From Epiperipatus broadwayi (lineage: Eukaryota; Animalia; Onychophora), in contig JAQFVV010000006.1 in the NCBI GenBank assembly GCA_028023455.1, positions 4,340,001 to 4,404,000 on the forward strand: a DNA stretch of 64,000 nt, read 5' to 3'. A model generated the notes under the pieces. The model was not told where the DNA came from and ran no database searches. It saw only the letters and a program-made list of their open reading frames with translations. The position numbers and the translations under genes were made by a program. Below, in pieces: positions 48,730 to 62,187 of the stretch (positions within the stretch are counted from its first letter, which is position 1; every line of letters starts with the position of its first letter).

Positions 48730-50960
48730 TGTTCATATATAAAAACAAGTAAAATGGACATGGAAGGATCCAAATGAAGGTACAGCAGAATTGGATTATA
48801 TTTTGACTAACAGAAAATACATATTTCAAGATTGTAATGTTCTTAATAAATTTAACACAGGAAGTGATCATTGATTAGTAAGGTGTAAGATACGTACGTG
48901 TTAATGCAAAACTAGAGAGACAAAAATTATTAAGAAAAACAATATTTACAGTTGATATTCCTAATCTTCAGAAACATTCCAATAAATTTAAATTAGAATT
49001 TACAAATCGGTTTGAAGTCTTAGTAGAATTTGAACACGATTCAGATTTAAATGAAATTAATATGAAAATAACTGATACACTTTTAAAAACGGCAGCAAAG
49101 ATAGTTCGTAGAAAAAAGCAGCAATTGACCAATAAAATTTCTACTGACACTAAGAGAATTTATGAAGATATACAAAAATGATGCATTAAAAAGGATTGAA
49201 TATCTCGAATTTTGTAAAATGGTACGGAAAAGAGTTGAAAATGATATAAGAAAGTATAACTGTGAAATAGCAAGGAAAGCAGTAGAAGAAAATAAAAGTC
49301 TCAAAAATGTTAAACAATATTTTGGTATTGGTAGGAAATTTATATCTGCAATAAGAAAAAAAGATGGTATTATTACTAAAAAGAGAGATGACATCATGAA
49401 ATTGGTAGAAGATTTTTATCAAGAATTATATAGTAATAAAGAACAAGTATCTCCTATATCTATTACATCTTCTGAATTTCCCATAAATTTTAAATGAAGT
49501 GAGACATGCAATTAAATATATGAAGAAAGGAAAGGCTCCAGGTAATGATGGAATTATAATTGATATATTAAGAGAAGCAGGTGAAGAAATAGAAAATTTT
49601 TTAGCCAAGTTATATACCAAATGTCTAAATGATAAAGATATACCAGATGATTGGAAGAATGCAATATTAATATTAATATTTAAAAAAGGTGAAAAAGAAG
49701 ATATTAGTAATTACAGACCTATCAGCCTTTTATCAGTTTTTATATCAAATTTTTACCAAGATAATTACTACTTGTCTACAGAGAACATTGGATTTCCACC
49801 AACCAAGAGAACAAGCTGGATTTAAAAGTGATTTTCGTACAGTAGATCATATTCAAGTATTGAGAGAAGTTATAGAAAGGACAAATAAATATCAGTTGCC
49901 ATTATGCTTTGGATTTGTAGATTATGAAAAGACATTTGATTCTATAAACATTTCTTCAGTGATTAAAGCATTGGATCATCAAGGTATTGATCCAGGATAT
50001 TGTCATATTTTAAAGAATATTTATAAAAATGCAACAGCAACAATTAGATTATGTAATGATACTAGGAAAGTCAACATTGAGAAGGGTGTAAGACAGGGTG
50101 ACTCCATATCTCCAAACTTATTACAGCAGTGCTGCAAGAGGTATTTTGTGGATTAAAATGGGAAGCTAAAGGAGTGAAAATAAATGGAGATTATTTAAGT
50201 CATTTAGATTTTGCAGATGATGTAGTTATTTTTGCAAATAATGCTTTAGAGCTGCAGTAAATATTGCAGGAGTTATCAGATGAAAGTAGAACTAAAGATA
50301 AATGCTAAAAAAACTAAAGTAATGTTTAATGGATTTTCTCAAAATATGAATCTTTTTGATTATGATGAGTTAGAAGTTAACAGTTACAAATACCTTGGTC
50401 AGATTATTAATACAGATGGAAACATAATGGATGAAATTAATCATACAATTAAACTTGGTTGGAGTGCTTTTGGTAGAAATAACTTGATACTAAAAGGGAA
50501 TATGCCTATGTGTTTGAAAAGGAAGGTTTTTAATAAATGTGTTTTACCAGTTCTTACTTATGGATGTGAGACTTGGACACTTAATAGAAGAGCAATACAG
50601 AGGCTTCAGACTACTCAAAGATGTATGGAAAGATGCATGTTAGGAGTAACAAGAAGAGATTGAAAATGCAATACATAGTTAAGAGAACAGACAGGTGTTA
50701 CTGACCTCATTGAAAATATTAAAAGATTGAAGTGAAGTTGGGCTGGACATATTGCTAGAAGAGATGATAATAGATGGACAATTGAAATCTTAAACCGGAT
50801 TCCAAGAGATTGTTAAAGACCCAGAAAGAGGCCACATGTGAGATGGGTGGATGAAATAAGAAAGTGCAGGGGTGATGTGGAGAAGAAAAGCTAAAGATCG
50901 GAAAAGATGGATTGAATTTGGAGAGACCGTCATTCTGCAGTGCATTGATGATGATGATGA
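48730..50960 (+). mobile_element. RTE-type LINE, endonuclease end through RT to 3' tail, frameshifted
   Basis: KWTWKDPN..ELDYILTNR..GSDH; KAPGNDGI; NYRPISLLS; [15 protein letters not shown]; FVDYEKTFDS; KGVRQGDSISP; FADD; YKYLGQ; CVLPVLTYGCETW; (gat)n tail at ~50947-50960. Confidence 0.93.
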
Positions 50961-51469
50961 AAACATGCAATTTTATTAAAAAAATAAATTGACAAGAAAA
51001 ATTGAATTGGGGGGGGGGATATTAAATTATAATCAGGATTTTTTATTTAACTGTAAATTTGTATAATTATTTTTTATTTATTGAAGTAATTATTCAATTC
51101 ATAAATCCATTTATTATAATGCCTTAAAATGTGTGCTTTGAATAATATATCAGACTTTTGTGCTTACAATCAGACTTTCTGTTGTTTCTTAATAAAGATC
51201 AGAGAGGATGTTTATTTTTAAACTTCATAGTTTTCTTCTTTAACTGAGCGTAACTTTTTAAAAATTAATCTTATCGTCATAAATGAAGGTTAACTTTATT
51301 TTTAGAAAGTCTTATATTATTTTACACTTGGTAAAATTTATATTTTTAAAAGCTTGCATTTAGAGACCAAAATTGGTTAAAAATTATTTATTTATTGCAA
51401 TGATAAGATTTTTTAAAATGCTTAAAGTTGATATATATCATACTGTGAATATATATATATATGTGTGTG

Positions 51470-51640
51470 TGTATAGTTGGTGATACATTTTCTTGCCACG
51501 CTTGTGGCCTGAGTTCAAATTCAGACTGAATGAAAGTTAAAAAAAAAATTCAACTTCTTATCAAGTTTTACCACTCCTTAACCTGACCAATATGCCTAGA
51601 GGATAAAAGAAAGACAACCACTAAATTTCATTACCTGGCA
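51470..51640 (+). mobile_element. Decayed tRNA-headed SINE-like sequence
   Basis: gtatagttggtgatac...gcctgagttcaaattc (A-box-like and B-box-like) followed by cttaacctgacc. Confidence 0.35.
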
Positions 51641-51929
51641 ATTGGCAGACCAGTTTTTTTGATGTTTCTTTTTGAGAGATATTGGATAAGTTGTTTACTG
51701 TGTTTGATTATTTTAAATCTATTTTACTTCTTAGCTTTATACCAGTAATTTAATTTCTTGATAAAAATTGACCAAGAAATTGTCAATAAGATACTTTTCA
51801 GGAAAATTGAAACTAGTCAATTTGATTCTGTAAATATCGAAATATCATGATCACCATTTTCTATGTTTGCACATCCATTGATTACTTAGGCTTATGCTGG
51901 GTGGCACTACTGTATGGTGAGTTTTATAT

Positions 51930-52560
51930 GGGAGATGCAAAAAGCACAATGAAAATCTTCAATAGATTGCAGTTTATGAGTAATAAGAGAATAGCCAAAA
52001 TACTATTTAATTAGGTTATGAGTAAAAGGCAGGTAAGAAGATAGGTGAGAAAGGTAGTATGATACGCAGATTTGGTAAAGAATTTATGTCAGTATATTTA
52101 TACAACTAAACATCACATGATCACTATCTATATAGAGAGTGTTGTTTTGTTTTGAATTGTTTAATATATTTATACAAAAGGTGAATTGTTGAATGTTAAA
52201 GTGATAAGGAATGGGATAGATGAATAGATGCATTGATAAAGAATAAGGAGTTGGAGAGATGGAAAGCTAGTATGGAAATTAAAAGTATTTTATATATATA
52301 TAGAAATAAACAGAATGTTAGAGGCAAGTTAATTTATGATAATAGCAAGGAAAATAGTTTATTATTAAGGCTCAAACAGGATCTTTAGCAAGAAGGGATT
52401 GCAAACAGAAAAATGTGGATGATTTAGTCAGTAAGTTGTATAAGGAAGGCATAAAAAATATTAGGCATCTGTTAATTGAATGTAAATGTTTGCAAGTAGA
52501 AATAGCACAAAAATGAAGTTGTGGGGAAATAAATATAAACGAATGGATTATATAGAAGGT
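51930..52560 (+). mobile_element. LINE 3' fragment, same family as 54130-56500
   Basis: atgaaaatcttcaatagattgcagtttatg...gtgagaaaggtagtatg matches the reverse complement of 54190-54315; ends in KAQTGSL..RHLLIEC, a zinc-knuckle-like remnant. Confidence 0.6.
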
Positions 52561-53574
52561 GGAATGAACCTAGGGTGATGGCAAATCATCAACCCCAGTT
52601 CTAAAATAAATATTTCAAATATAAATTTAAAATAAATAAGTAATATATGATATTAAGTAATGATAATATCAAAACAGCATGAGAGCAAGAGATCTCTGAA
52701 AGAACAGCCAGCTAACTCCTTAGAGCAACTATAAGTATAACCAACTAATCAACCAGCATTATCAATCAGTATAAGTGAGTAATACTCAAAATAAACACTC
52801 ATCATCATGAACGATCATTAATAAAATAAATCTTGTGGCTGGATTTGAACAATATAAAATATAAATCAACAGTCAATCTTGTGACTGGTTTTGAACTGGG
52901 TCTACTGTTGATCCAGGCTAACTGTTGAGCCTTTGCCAGCTAGGGGCAATTATTTAAGCAATTAATTTGGATGTACCTCCTGTGCTAATCCATCAGAAAA
53001 CAAACAGAAAAATTAAACAATAATGCTGGGATTTTAAAACATGCTGATCATCATCCATGCACTTGTCACTTTGTACTATTAATGTACTGATCAACTATAA
53101 ACTTAAATTCTACTAGACTAAACTAAATAAAATGTAGTACAGGGATTTTAAGGAATATAATGTTATGTGCCAACCTGGATGATGATTGATTGATTATCAC
53201 TGATTGTTCCTTAAGCACTAAATACATCCCCATTTATATATTAAGCCTGTGCTCAAATCTAGCTCAGAGAACACAAACTCTATAACTATTAGGGTGACCA
53301 AGAGTTGATGCAATACAATTTTTAACAATTGAATAAGTTTATTAATAACAATAAAAAATGATATTAAGGTCTTTAGAATAAGGCTATGCACATATCATCT
53401 AAGCCTTTTGATTTTGACGAACATACAATAATAAAAAATATTACATTAGGATTTACATATATGTGATTTACAATATTCAAGTTGTTACATTTACAATGCC
53501 TCTTAATGAGTTTACGTAAACACATATCAACACGTGCATTTTATAATATACAAGGAATATATTTCAATTGACAT

Positions 53575-53803
53575 TAAATTAAAAAATTAACTGTGATAAA
53601 ACACAGTTGCTGAAGCTTTAAATATAAAATTATAACAATAAAGCTGAGCGCTTTCGGGGGACTTAAGCCTTCATAATCATAGCTACACATATTAATTATG
53701 ATTATGGAGGCTTAAGTCCCCTGAAAGCGTTCAGTTTTATTGTTATAATTTTATATTTAAAGCTTCAGCAACTGTGTTTTATCACAGTTAATTTTTTAAT
53801 TTA
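53575..53803. repeat. Near-perfect foldback, ~106 bp arms, 17-nt loop
   Basis: taaattaaaaaattaactgtgataaaacacagttgctgaagc...cttcataatcat / atgattatggagg...gcttcagcaactgtgttttatcacagttaattttttaattta. Confidence 0.92.
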
Positions 53804-54129
53804 TTGATTTTTGTTGAAGTATATACATACATTCTTTTCATTATGGATTTTATATATTATAATTGACATTAATAAAATTAAAAATGACTAAAATTTTGCA
53901 TGTTCTATTTGACACTCATTGATATATATATATATATCTGGACACAGTGCAGTACAATTTAGAAATGGACCTATTTGAATTGACATTTAAAAATAAAGTG
54001 ATTACATTTTACATATTGACAAGAATTGATCTATTATATGCACACAGAGGGCAGACAATTTAGAAATGGACATGTTTGAATTGACATTTAATAATAATAA
54101 TAAAAAAATGATTAAATTTTAACACTCAT

Positions 54130-56500
54130 TGATATACATATGCGCACAGAGTCCCACCTTTCATATAAATATACTGACAAAGTCTATCCAAATCTTCTGC
54201 ATACCATACTACCTTTCTAACCTGTCTTCTTGCTTGTCCTTTACTAGTAAGCCAATTAAATACTATTTTGGCTATTTTCTTAATATCCATAAATTGCAAT
54301 CTACTGAACATTTTCATTTTTTTTTTTTTTTTTGTATCTCATATAAAAACTTGACCATCCCATTTCTTTTTGAATTCCATCATTGCCATTTACACATCTG
54401 CATCTAATACATGTTTTCCTATTTCTCTTCCTACTTTTTCTAAGTAATATAACACTCCTTTTCTAACACATCATTACAATAAGTTAACCCTGCTACTGTC
54501 ACTCCCTTCCATACATTTCTAACTATATCATTTTTTTTTATATGAAACCACTTAATTTCTTTTTCATTCCCTTTCTTTTCTTTGTTTTATTTATCTCTTT
54601 TGACTCATTTATCAAAGAAATTTTTCTGACTGCTTAAGACGATTCCCACATAGTTATACCTGTTCACCACATTTAACTTTATACCATCCAATAAAAATTC
54701 TTTCCCTTTCTTTCCCCAACATTTATCATCATTACTTTTGATTTTCTTTACTAAATTTAATCCCCATCTCTACTCGCCCTTGCACAAATCTTCAGGATAT
54801 CTTCCCTTCTTTCTGTGTGCAAGAAAATATTAGCAAATAAAAGACCTGATAATGTATGTACTCTCTTGCCATCTATTAATGGTATCTCTATTACTAGTCT
54901 TTCTATTGCTCTCTCCAAATATAACAAAGATAAAATAGTTAACATAGGGCATCCTTGCCTTCCTCCCACCCCATTTTTTACTTTAACTGATTTTATATTT
55001 CTTAATTAATATGTATAGCAATTATTTTCATTCAATCTCTTGATATGATCTACTAAAGCTCCATTCCCAAATTTACTAAACTTACCCATAATCTATTTCT
55101 CTTTACTCTATCATATGCCATCTTTATATCTATAAAAACCATATATAACTATCTGTATTCATACTCATCTATAAGTTGTGTGATTACAAATAAACTATCT
55201 CCTATACGTTTATACGATCTAAAATCTCTGCCTTTCTCCCATTATATTACTTTCTTCCATCCACTTTGAAACCCTTCCAACCACTGTATATGCAAAAACA
55301 TTATATATAACACTGATGTTACTACTATCCATCTATAATTGTTTAACTTTCTATGAGCCTTACCCTTTCCTTTAAATAGTAGTTTTACTTTTGTATTGCT
55401 TCAGCTATCTAGAAATTCTCTCTTCTGTGGCATCTTATTAAACATGATAATAGATTTAATTTTCTCCTATTTCCTAAATTCAACACCTCTTTCCACTTTT
55501 CAGTTTCTTCCCTGCCTCATTCAATTCATTTTCTGTAAACCTAATATTTCCATTACTTATGTTTTTTTGTTTGTTATCACTCTGTTCTTTACATCTAACA
55601 TCTCTTCTATATCCATTACATACTTATTCAAGATTGTCTCTAATTCTTCTCTAGAACTGCACTATTTTTATTCATCATCTAGTAATACTATATTTCTCTC
55701 CTTTACATTTCTTCTTTTAATATATTTCCAAAATTTTACTCTCATTTCTTCCACTTTTATTAATATCCTCCAATAATATCCTATTTAATTTCATTCCCAA
55801 TATATAATTATCTATTTTAGCCAACTTCTTTTTTTAAATACTTTTCCTATTTAATATTACCATCTTTTTCCTCTTTCTTTGTTTTTAATAACACATTTAT
55901 ATTCTCTCTCTGCTTTTTTCTTCTCTTATACTTTTACTAATTCTCACTTTTTATTACTTTTATATTCTGAATATTCTTACTTAAAACCCTATTTGCCAGT
56001 TTTTCTACTTCACCGCACTAGTTCTTATATTCGTTCCCAACAAACTCTTCCATGATTTATTGTACTTTTATTTTATATGCTTCTAACTTATTATTCATTC
56101 TCCATTCACATCTTTCCTATTCTTTCTACTTTTATTACCATTTTCCATCACATTACTAACCATTTCTATTATAAAGAAATTATGATTACTATTACATACT
56201 CTCTTTTCATTATCAAACACTTTAATTTTCCATACTTTATTCATTCCCTCTTTCTCTACTAATATATAATCTATTGTGTAAAATATATTATTCCTAGACC
56301 ATGTGTATTGCCCCTCATAAATATGCAATGAATTTCCAATGATCATATTCACTCTCTGTCAAAAATTCACCAAAATCTGTTCGTTCTTGTTATTCATATC
56401 ATCAATTTTTCAATATGCTTATATATATTTTTGAAACTCTGTATATCCTTAATTAGGCATTCATATATGCTACTGTTCTACTGCATTATAGTTTGACTAT
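54130..56500 (-). mobile_element. Degraded non-LTR retrotransposon (AP endonuclease and RT)
   Basis: QYTWSRNNIFYTIDYILV..SNH; LYMVFIDIKMAYDRV; GGRQGCPML; GLLFAN. Many stops. Confidence 0.75.
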
Positions 56501-59500
56501 CTCCAGTGACTATATACACTATATATTGTTGCCATCCATTTTTGTCTTCCTAACCTTATCTCAAACCACAAATATTCTTGTCAATTAACGGTATTTCAAT
56601 TTTTTTTTTTTTATATAACTCCTATATCACCACCCTTTTCTTTTTCTTTTCTATTTATACTCGGCCATACCAAGTCTTCCAGTGTATGTTCTTTTTCTTC
56701 TTTTAGATGTGTTTTCTCAAGTGCCCTCTAGTAACTCATTATTTAGCTAAGTTTTAAGAGTTATATAATAGCCAAATTCTGTTGTCAAGCCTACTCTGAA
56801 CTGTGATTAGTGATACCGGGGTTGTCCCTGATGAATGAGATTCCATTATGAATTAGATTAATAATCTTAGTTCATAATTTTGACTAATATATAATGTCTT
56901 ATATTTCAGTTAAATAATGATCTACTGGAAGATTCTGAATTGTTTCCATTGATGATGATAATATATATATATATTGAAACAGATCATCTGATGCTCAGAT
57001 CCTGTTTCACAGCCCACATCCAATCTCCTACCATCTAACTATATTCAATCCCATCTTTACGCACGTATACATATCTAATAATACGTATATATTTCTTTTG
57101 CTTAGTAAACTAAAATAAATCATGTAAACACTTATGTATTTTAATTTAAAAATATATTATTCAATAATATTCTCATGTGTATACGGGCGTAAGTAATAAA
57201 TCCATATATATTTCAGTGTAGGAGATTGCGAATAAATTAACAAAGTTATGTTATATATAGGGTATCATATATGAAACTTATTATTTTTTTCATATGTAAT
57301 TTGGTAGCCAGAAATGATGCAATCTTGTTAAAAAGTCTCCTAAAAAACAATTACCCGGAAGATCCTTTAGATAAAAATAAAAGATTACGATTTTGTAATA
57401 ATAAAATAAACTCATTAGTGGAAATTGTCCATGCTAGCTTGTTTTAAAATTATAAGATTTATTTTAAAACAATCGTTCGAGAAACTGATAACAAAATTGC
57501 ATTGTTTCAAACGTCTTACTAGATAAGAGAATCCGGTCAAACTATTCCATATGAACCTTAAGTGCTTAAACTGCCTCAGGTCCAGCAGTAGTTGCTAAGT
57601 TACATCTTCAAAATAAAAGTATATATACTGCTGGATTTGAATCCACAAAGGAGACCATAAAATAATAATGTTGCTATACATATTCCACGCCAGTTTTGAT
57701 TCTCACTCAATGTGCCATGAGTAGGGGAAATTTCGCCTTTTTCCTCCATTCTAATATGCTGTTCCCATAAACGAAGCTCTGCATCCCATACTGATGAACT
57801 TTATATATTTTTTCCATGAAAGTGAAATGCTAACTACTATATAATAAAGCTACCCTAGGTCTAGTGAAACAATACCGATGGACTGATTCGTAGTAAAATC
57901 GCTCTTCCAAATAGCAAGGTAAAAGAACTTTGACCTCTCGTAATTCTTAAATCCTGCCTTCTCTGTAATATGTATATATTCTAATCATCTATATTAAATG
58001 TCTTCAAAATATGTAATTCTTATAACTCTATATAACTAATCAATACTAAGCCTCTTATAAATGTTTTCTTTTATTTTATTTTCAAGCGGCAAATAATTTT
58101 CATTTAGATTTATGTATTTATATTTTTAAAAAATGCCAATAGTATTTCTAAAATTGCAAGCATATAATTTATATTTTGTTTTCCCCACCCTTCATTTATC
58201 GGGTAATTAATTTATAACTTAATCAAAACAAGACTTATTCGACTTGCCCAGGTGCTCGCGATTTTAGATAAACAAACTAATTATATTTTTATGTTTACTG
58301 TAGAAAAACCGATTGACATCTGTTTTTATATTTTCCTTTCTAAATAGTGCGCTATCTCTTATTATTAATGTATATTATATATGTAAAACCCATCATAGCT
58401 ATTACCACCACCCATTTATTTTGTATTAATTTATATATTTTCATAAGGCATTTATAACCAAGATTGAGATTTATTAAATGTGGGGGAAGTTATGAATAAT
58501 ATTAAGTAACATAATGTAAGGGGGAGGGGATCCTCAGATCTTAGTTTTATATTTAATCAGAATTATCCATGTTTGTTTAACGAAGAAACCATGTCATTAC
58601 GTCGAGTATTTCATAATGTATGGGCAGTAAATATGTTTAGATAGTCTTTAAAGCTATAGTTATATTATGTTATTAAGCGTTGCATGCATATAGGCCACTT
58701 CGTTTATATATGTTCGTGCTTCTTTCTCACATGGAAGTATTCGCTAAGTCGAGCCCCATCGTTGTTCTCCGTGTCCTAGAAACCAGGCTGTAAAACCATC
58801 CTGTGGACACATTTGGTTGTATGTGCATGCTTTATACGGGGAGCGATCTGGGAAACCAGCCCAGTAAAGACATTGCCGACCGCCCTTCGTCTCAATGCCG
58901 ACTGCCTACATTTGCAGAGGAAATCGGTCAACTTTGTTATTAAAATTCATGAAGCACACTCCAGGATCCATAATTGGACCACCCCAATCCGCCGCCATGC
59001 ACGCACCGCCCTTCAGTGTATTATTAGTCGCCGAGAAATAGCCATAAGCCATAATGAGATGATTTCTTTAAATAGGCATATTTCCCTTAGTTGACTATAC
59101 GTATCAATGCAATAGATTTAGTATCGTTTATATAATTATTCATTATCCGTCCCGCGAATTAATTATTTATAACTCAATAATAATATTGAATATAACTAAA
59201 TGTAATATCTGCTTGTAAAATTATTTTCTTTTAAATTAAGTAAATGCTCTTTTCGCCTCTCTGGGGGTGTAATAGTATTTCGTAATGCATTCCAATAGCG
59301 CTAATTCCTTAAGTCACACACATATATTATTGGCATAGCCGCAAATATCACGTTAATGTTAAATATGAATTAAATATATATATAATACTTATGAGGCTAA
59401 TGTCGGATAAATAATCCGACATACTTTTTGTTATTAATCTAATAAATCTTAAATATATATATCAACTCTCGAACCATTGCTTTCTTTTAGTTAATATATT

Positions 59501-60090
59501 AAGTTATTACTCATGCTTAATTTGACTAGATGATCTCTGCTAATTACATAATTAATATGCTAGGTCACGAGCCTTCATTGCTCATAAAATATAGCTAGTT
59601 GTTAAGTCAGTCTATCATTAAAATTTAGCCTAGAGTCTTTTTGTGTCTCCGATGAGCGATATTGGCGGTGAGAAGTAAATTAAATCGATGTCATCGGGAT
59701 TGTTGTTCATAATGTTATAGATCTGGGAAATAGGGCAGAGTTCATGAGTGTTCCTGACCTGTGTATCTTGTGCACGATTGGATTCTAGGTACATTTGCCT
59801 AGATGCTAGATCTTGTTACGTGAACATACAAATCTGACCGGCACAATATATATATATATTAAACATATTTCCTATTCAAATATTTTTCAGAAAATACTTG
59901 CAGGGCCAGAAAAATCTTAATATATTTTTTTTTTTTTATGGATGAAATCAGATATTTTTAGTGTTATATATATATATATTATTTTCAGATATTATTCCTC
60001 AAATATTTAAATTTTCTACCATTTTAATTAAATTACTATCAATTGAAAATCTTTACAAATTTTAATATACAAGCATTTTTTTATTTACAG

Positions 60091-60264
60091 ATCAAAAAGT
60101 TCCAGGATTGGTCAATTTAGGCAATACCTGCTTTCTAAACGCTGTATTACAAGGAATGGCAGCTTGTCCTTCAATGTTGCTGTGGCTTGGCGATTTTGTC
60201 GAAAAAAATGTTACTGGAAACATTACCAATTTTTTGGCATTCAGTTTGATGAAAATATTGAAAG
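60091..60264 (+). CDS. USP30: USP30 second coding exon (DQKVPGLVNLGNTCFLNAVLQGMAACPSMLLWLGDFVEKNVTGNITNFLAFSLMKILK), USP Cys box
   Basis: ttttttatttacag acceptor and G|gtatat donor, 174 nt, phase 1 at both ends. GLVNLGNTCF catalytic Cys box matches USP30 VPGLVNLGNTCFMNSLLQGLSACP. Confidence 0.95.
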
Positions 60265-60469
60265 GTATATTAAATAGTAAGCAATTATATATGTGTGTGT
60301 GTGTAAAGATATACAGATACTAGGCATAAAACTTTCATAATTAATAATTACATTTATGTATGTGTATTTGCAATATAATCCTATAGATTAGAATATTTGC
60401 GAGAAAATCAAGTCATATATCATGTGACTTAAATTAATAAGTTTCTATTAAAAATGTATAATGAACGTA

Positions 60470-60620
60470 CCAATAGCTCTTAACAAGCTTTACAGGACAT
60501 ACAGACCTGGTATTTTAAATCTAATGCTGCAATATCCTAGTGCCTCATTGATGGAAGCCAGAGCTAGAACCTGTTCTGGGGATAGGAATGTTCTGAAAAG
60601 CTTGTTCAGAGCTATTGGCA
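60470..60620 (+). repeat. Family A-related fragment with eroded HHR (60543-60582)
   Basis: cctca-ttgatgg-a-AGC-caga-GCT-a-gaacc-tg-ttc-tgggga. The downstream ttctgaaaagcttg..agagctat.ggcatgctcatta is shared with 5015-5050. Confidence 0.6.
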
Positions 60621-60789
60621 TGCTCATTAATGTAACAGTAGAATATTTATGTCTTCTCAGCTTGCTGTGATAATATAATGTTAGATGTTACACAGAATAG
60701 CCACAATCTGAATTTTACAAATCGATAATACAATGCTCAAGGACTAATTGAAGGGGAACTGTTTTTGTGTGCCATATGCTTTTTTGGGC

Positions 60790-62090
60790 ATTTTATTTTA
60801 CTCCCATTTTTATTTAATTTTTCACCCTTTTGCACAGCATTTCTTCTGAGTTAGCTGTGATGAGTATATCATTGAAATATGGAATAAACCCTTCCAGACC
60901 CTTGAGCAATGCGTCAATTTTGGCTTGTAAAATATTAGGGGCTGTTGATATGCCAAACGGTAAACGATTACATTTAAATAATCCCATCAGTGTTGCCAAC
61001 GTTAAAATTTTTGCTGATTTATCTGCCAGGTGAAATGCAGAAATTAAATCAATTTTGCAAAATGTGATGCAGTTTGAAGACTGGCTAATACTTTCCCCAC
61101 GTTAGGAATTGGGTATGCTCCCCTGTTCAAATATTTATTTACAGTTACTCTGTAATCCCCACATAGTCTAATTTTGCTGTTTGGTTTGATTATCACTACT
61201 ATAGGTTGGCCCAATCTGATGTTTTAATTGGTGTTAATACACTCTTAGTAACCAATGACTGATCAGTTGCACATTTTCCAGTAACTATCTCAACTGGGCT
61301 CATATTAATTAATCCCAATTCTTTATTAAATAAATCAGCATATTTGTAGGCCATTTCTTGTTCCACAGAGATTTTTTTAATATTATTAATTTGTATACCC
61401 AGTTTGTGGAACCACTCTCTTCCAACTATGGGATTTACCTTCCTGTTGACTATGTACAGGGGTAGATTTACTTTTTTACCATAGTGGTTAATTGGTACTG
61501 ACACACAGTCTATCAGCAGTTTAAGTTGCATTTACATCACGTGCACTAAGGTTTGTTTTCTCTGTTTTACTTTCGTCGTTGGTCGATGACAGTGACAGCC
61601 AATCGGTAAGTGACATCAGTGAAATATCTGATTCACTATCAATTTCCATTGACAGTTTTTTGCGCAAAGTTGCAGCTTCATCATAAATTGATTTAGAACA
61701 TGGGTGCCCATGTTTTTAATCATATGGGAACCTCCCTTATTTCCTTGCAAAGGCGCTTTACTTTTACCATTCCAGTTACCTTCCTGTTTTTAAATATGTG
61801 CTAAGTGCCCCTTTTTTTCTGCATTTAAAGCACGACTCTTTAGGCCATCTACATTCCTTTGATAAATGGTCTCTTTTACTGCAACATGTTTTTGTTGCAG
61901 TAAAACTTTTTTACTTCGCTCAACTTTCAAAGACATGGACTTTTCCTCTTCTGTTTTAAACACACTCATAGGGTTTTCATTCCTACGTGTGATAAAAACC
62001 TCAGCCTGTTCAAGCTTCAACTCATACTCTCTGCCTTTCTTAATGTCAATCTCATACATAATCTCATGTTCTGTGAGAAAGTGCACTCAC
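60790..62090 (-). mobile_element. Gypsy-type LTR retrotransposon relic (gag, protease, RT)
   Basis: SMEIDSESDISL (protease); NLPLYIV..PIVGREWFHKLGI; GLFKCNRLPFGISTAPNILQAKIDALLKGLEGFIPYFNDILI (RT, YLDD eroded). Confidence 0.85.
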
Positions 62091-62187
62091 CTTTAAGTTA
62101 TATTAAAATATTAAAAAGAAATATCGCCATAAAATTGCAAAAATGGACGAATAAAATTATGTTTCATATGGTTACACATGCTGTTAA

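Noticed and set aside
56828-56860. CTGATGA as a hammerhead core
   Set aside because: No GAAA directly after a stem II and no stem I or III pairing found.
58813-59094. 93-aa ORF as a USP30 exon or separate gene
   Set aside because: No USP30 similarity; exons 30391 and 60091 already join in phase to give the expected USP30 sequence.
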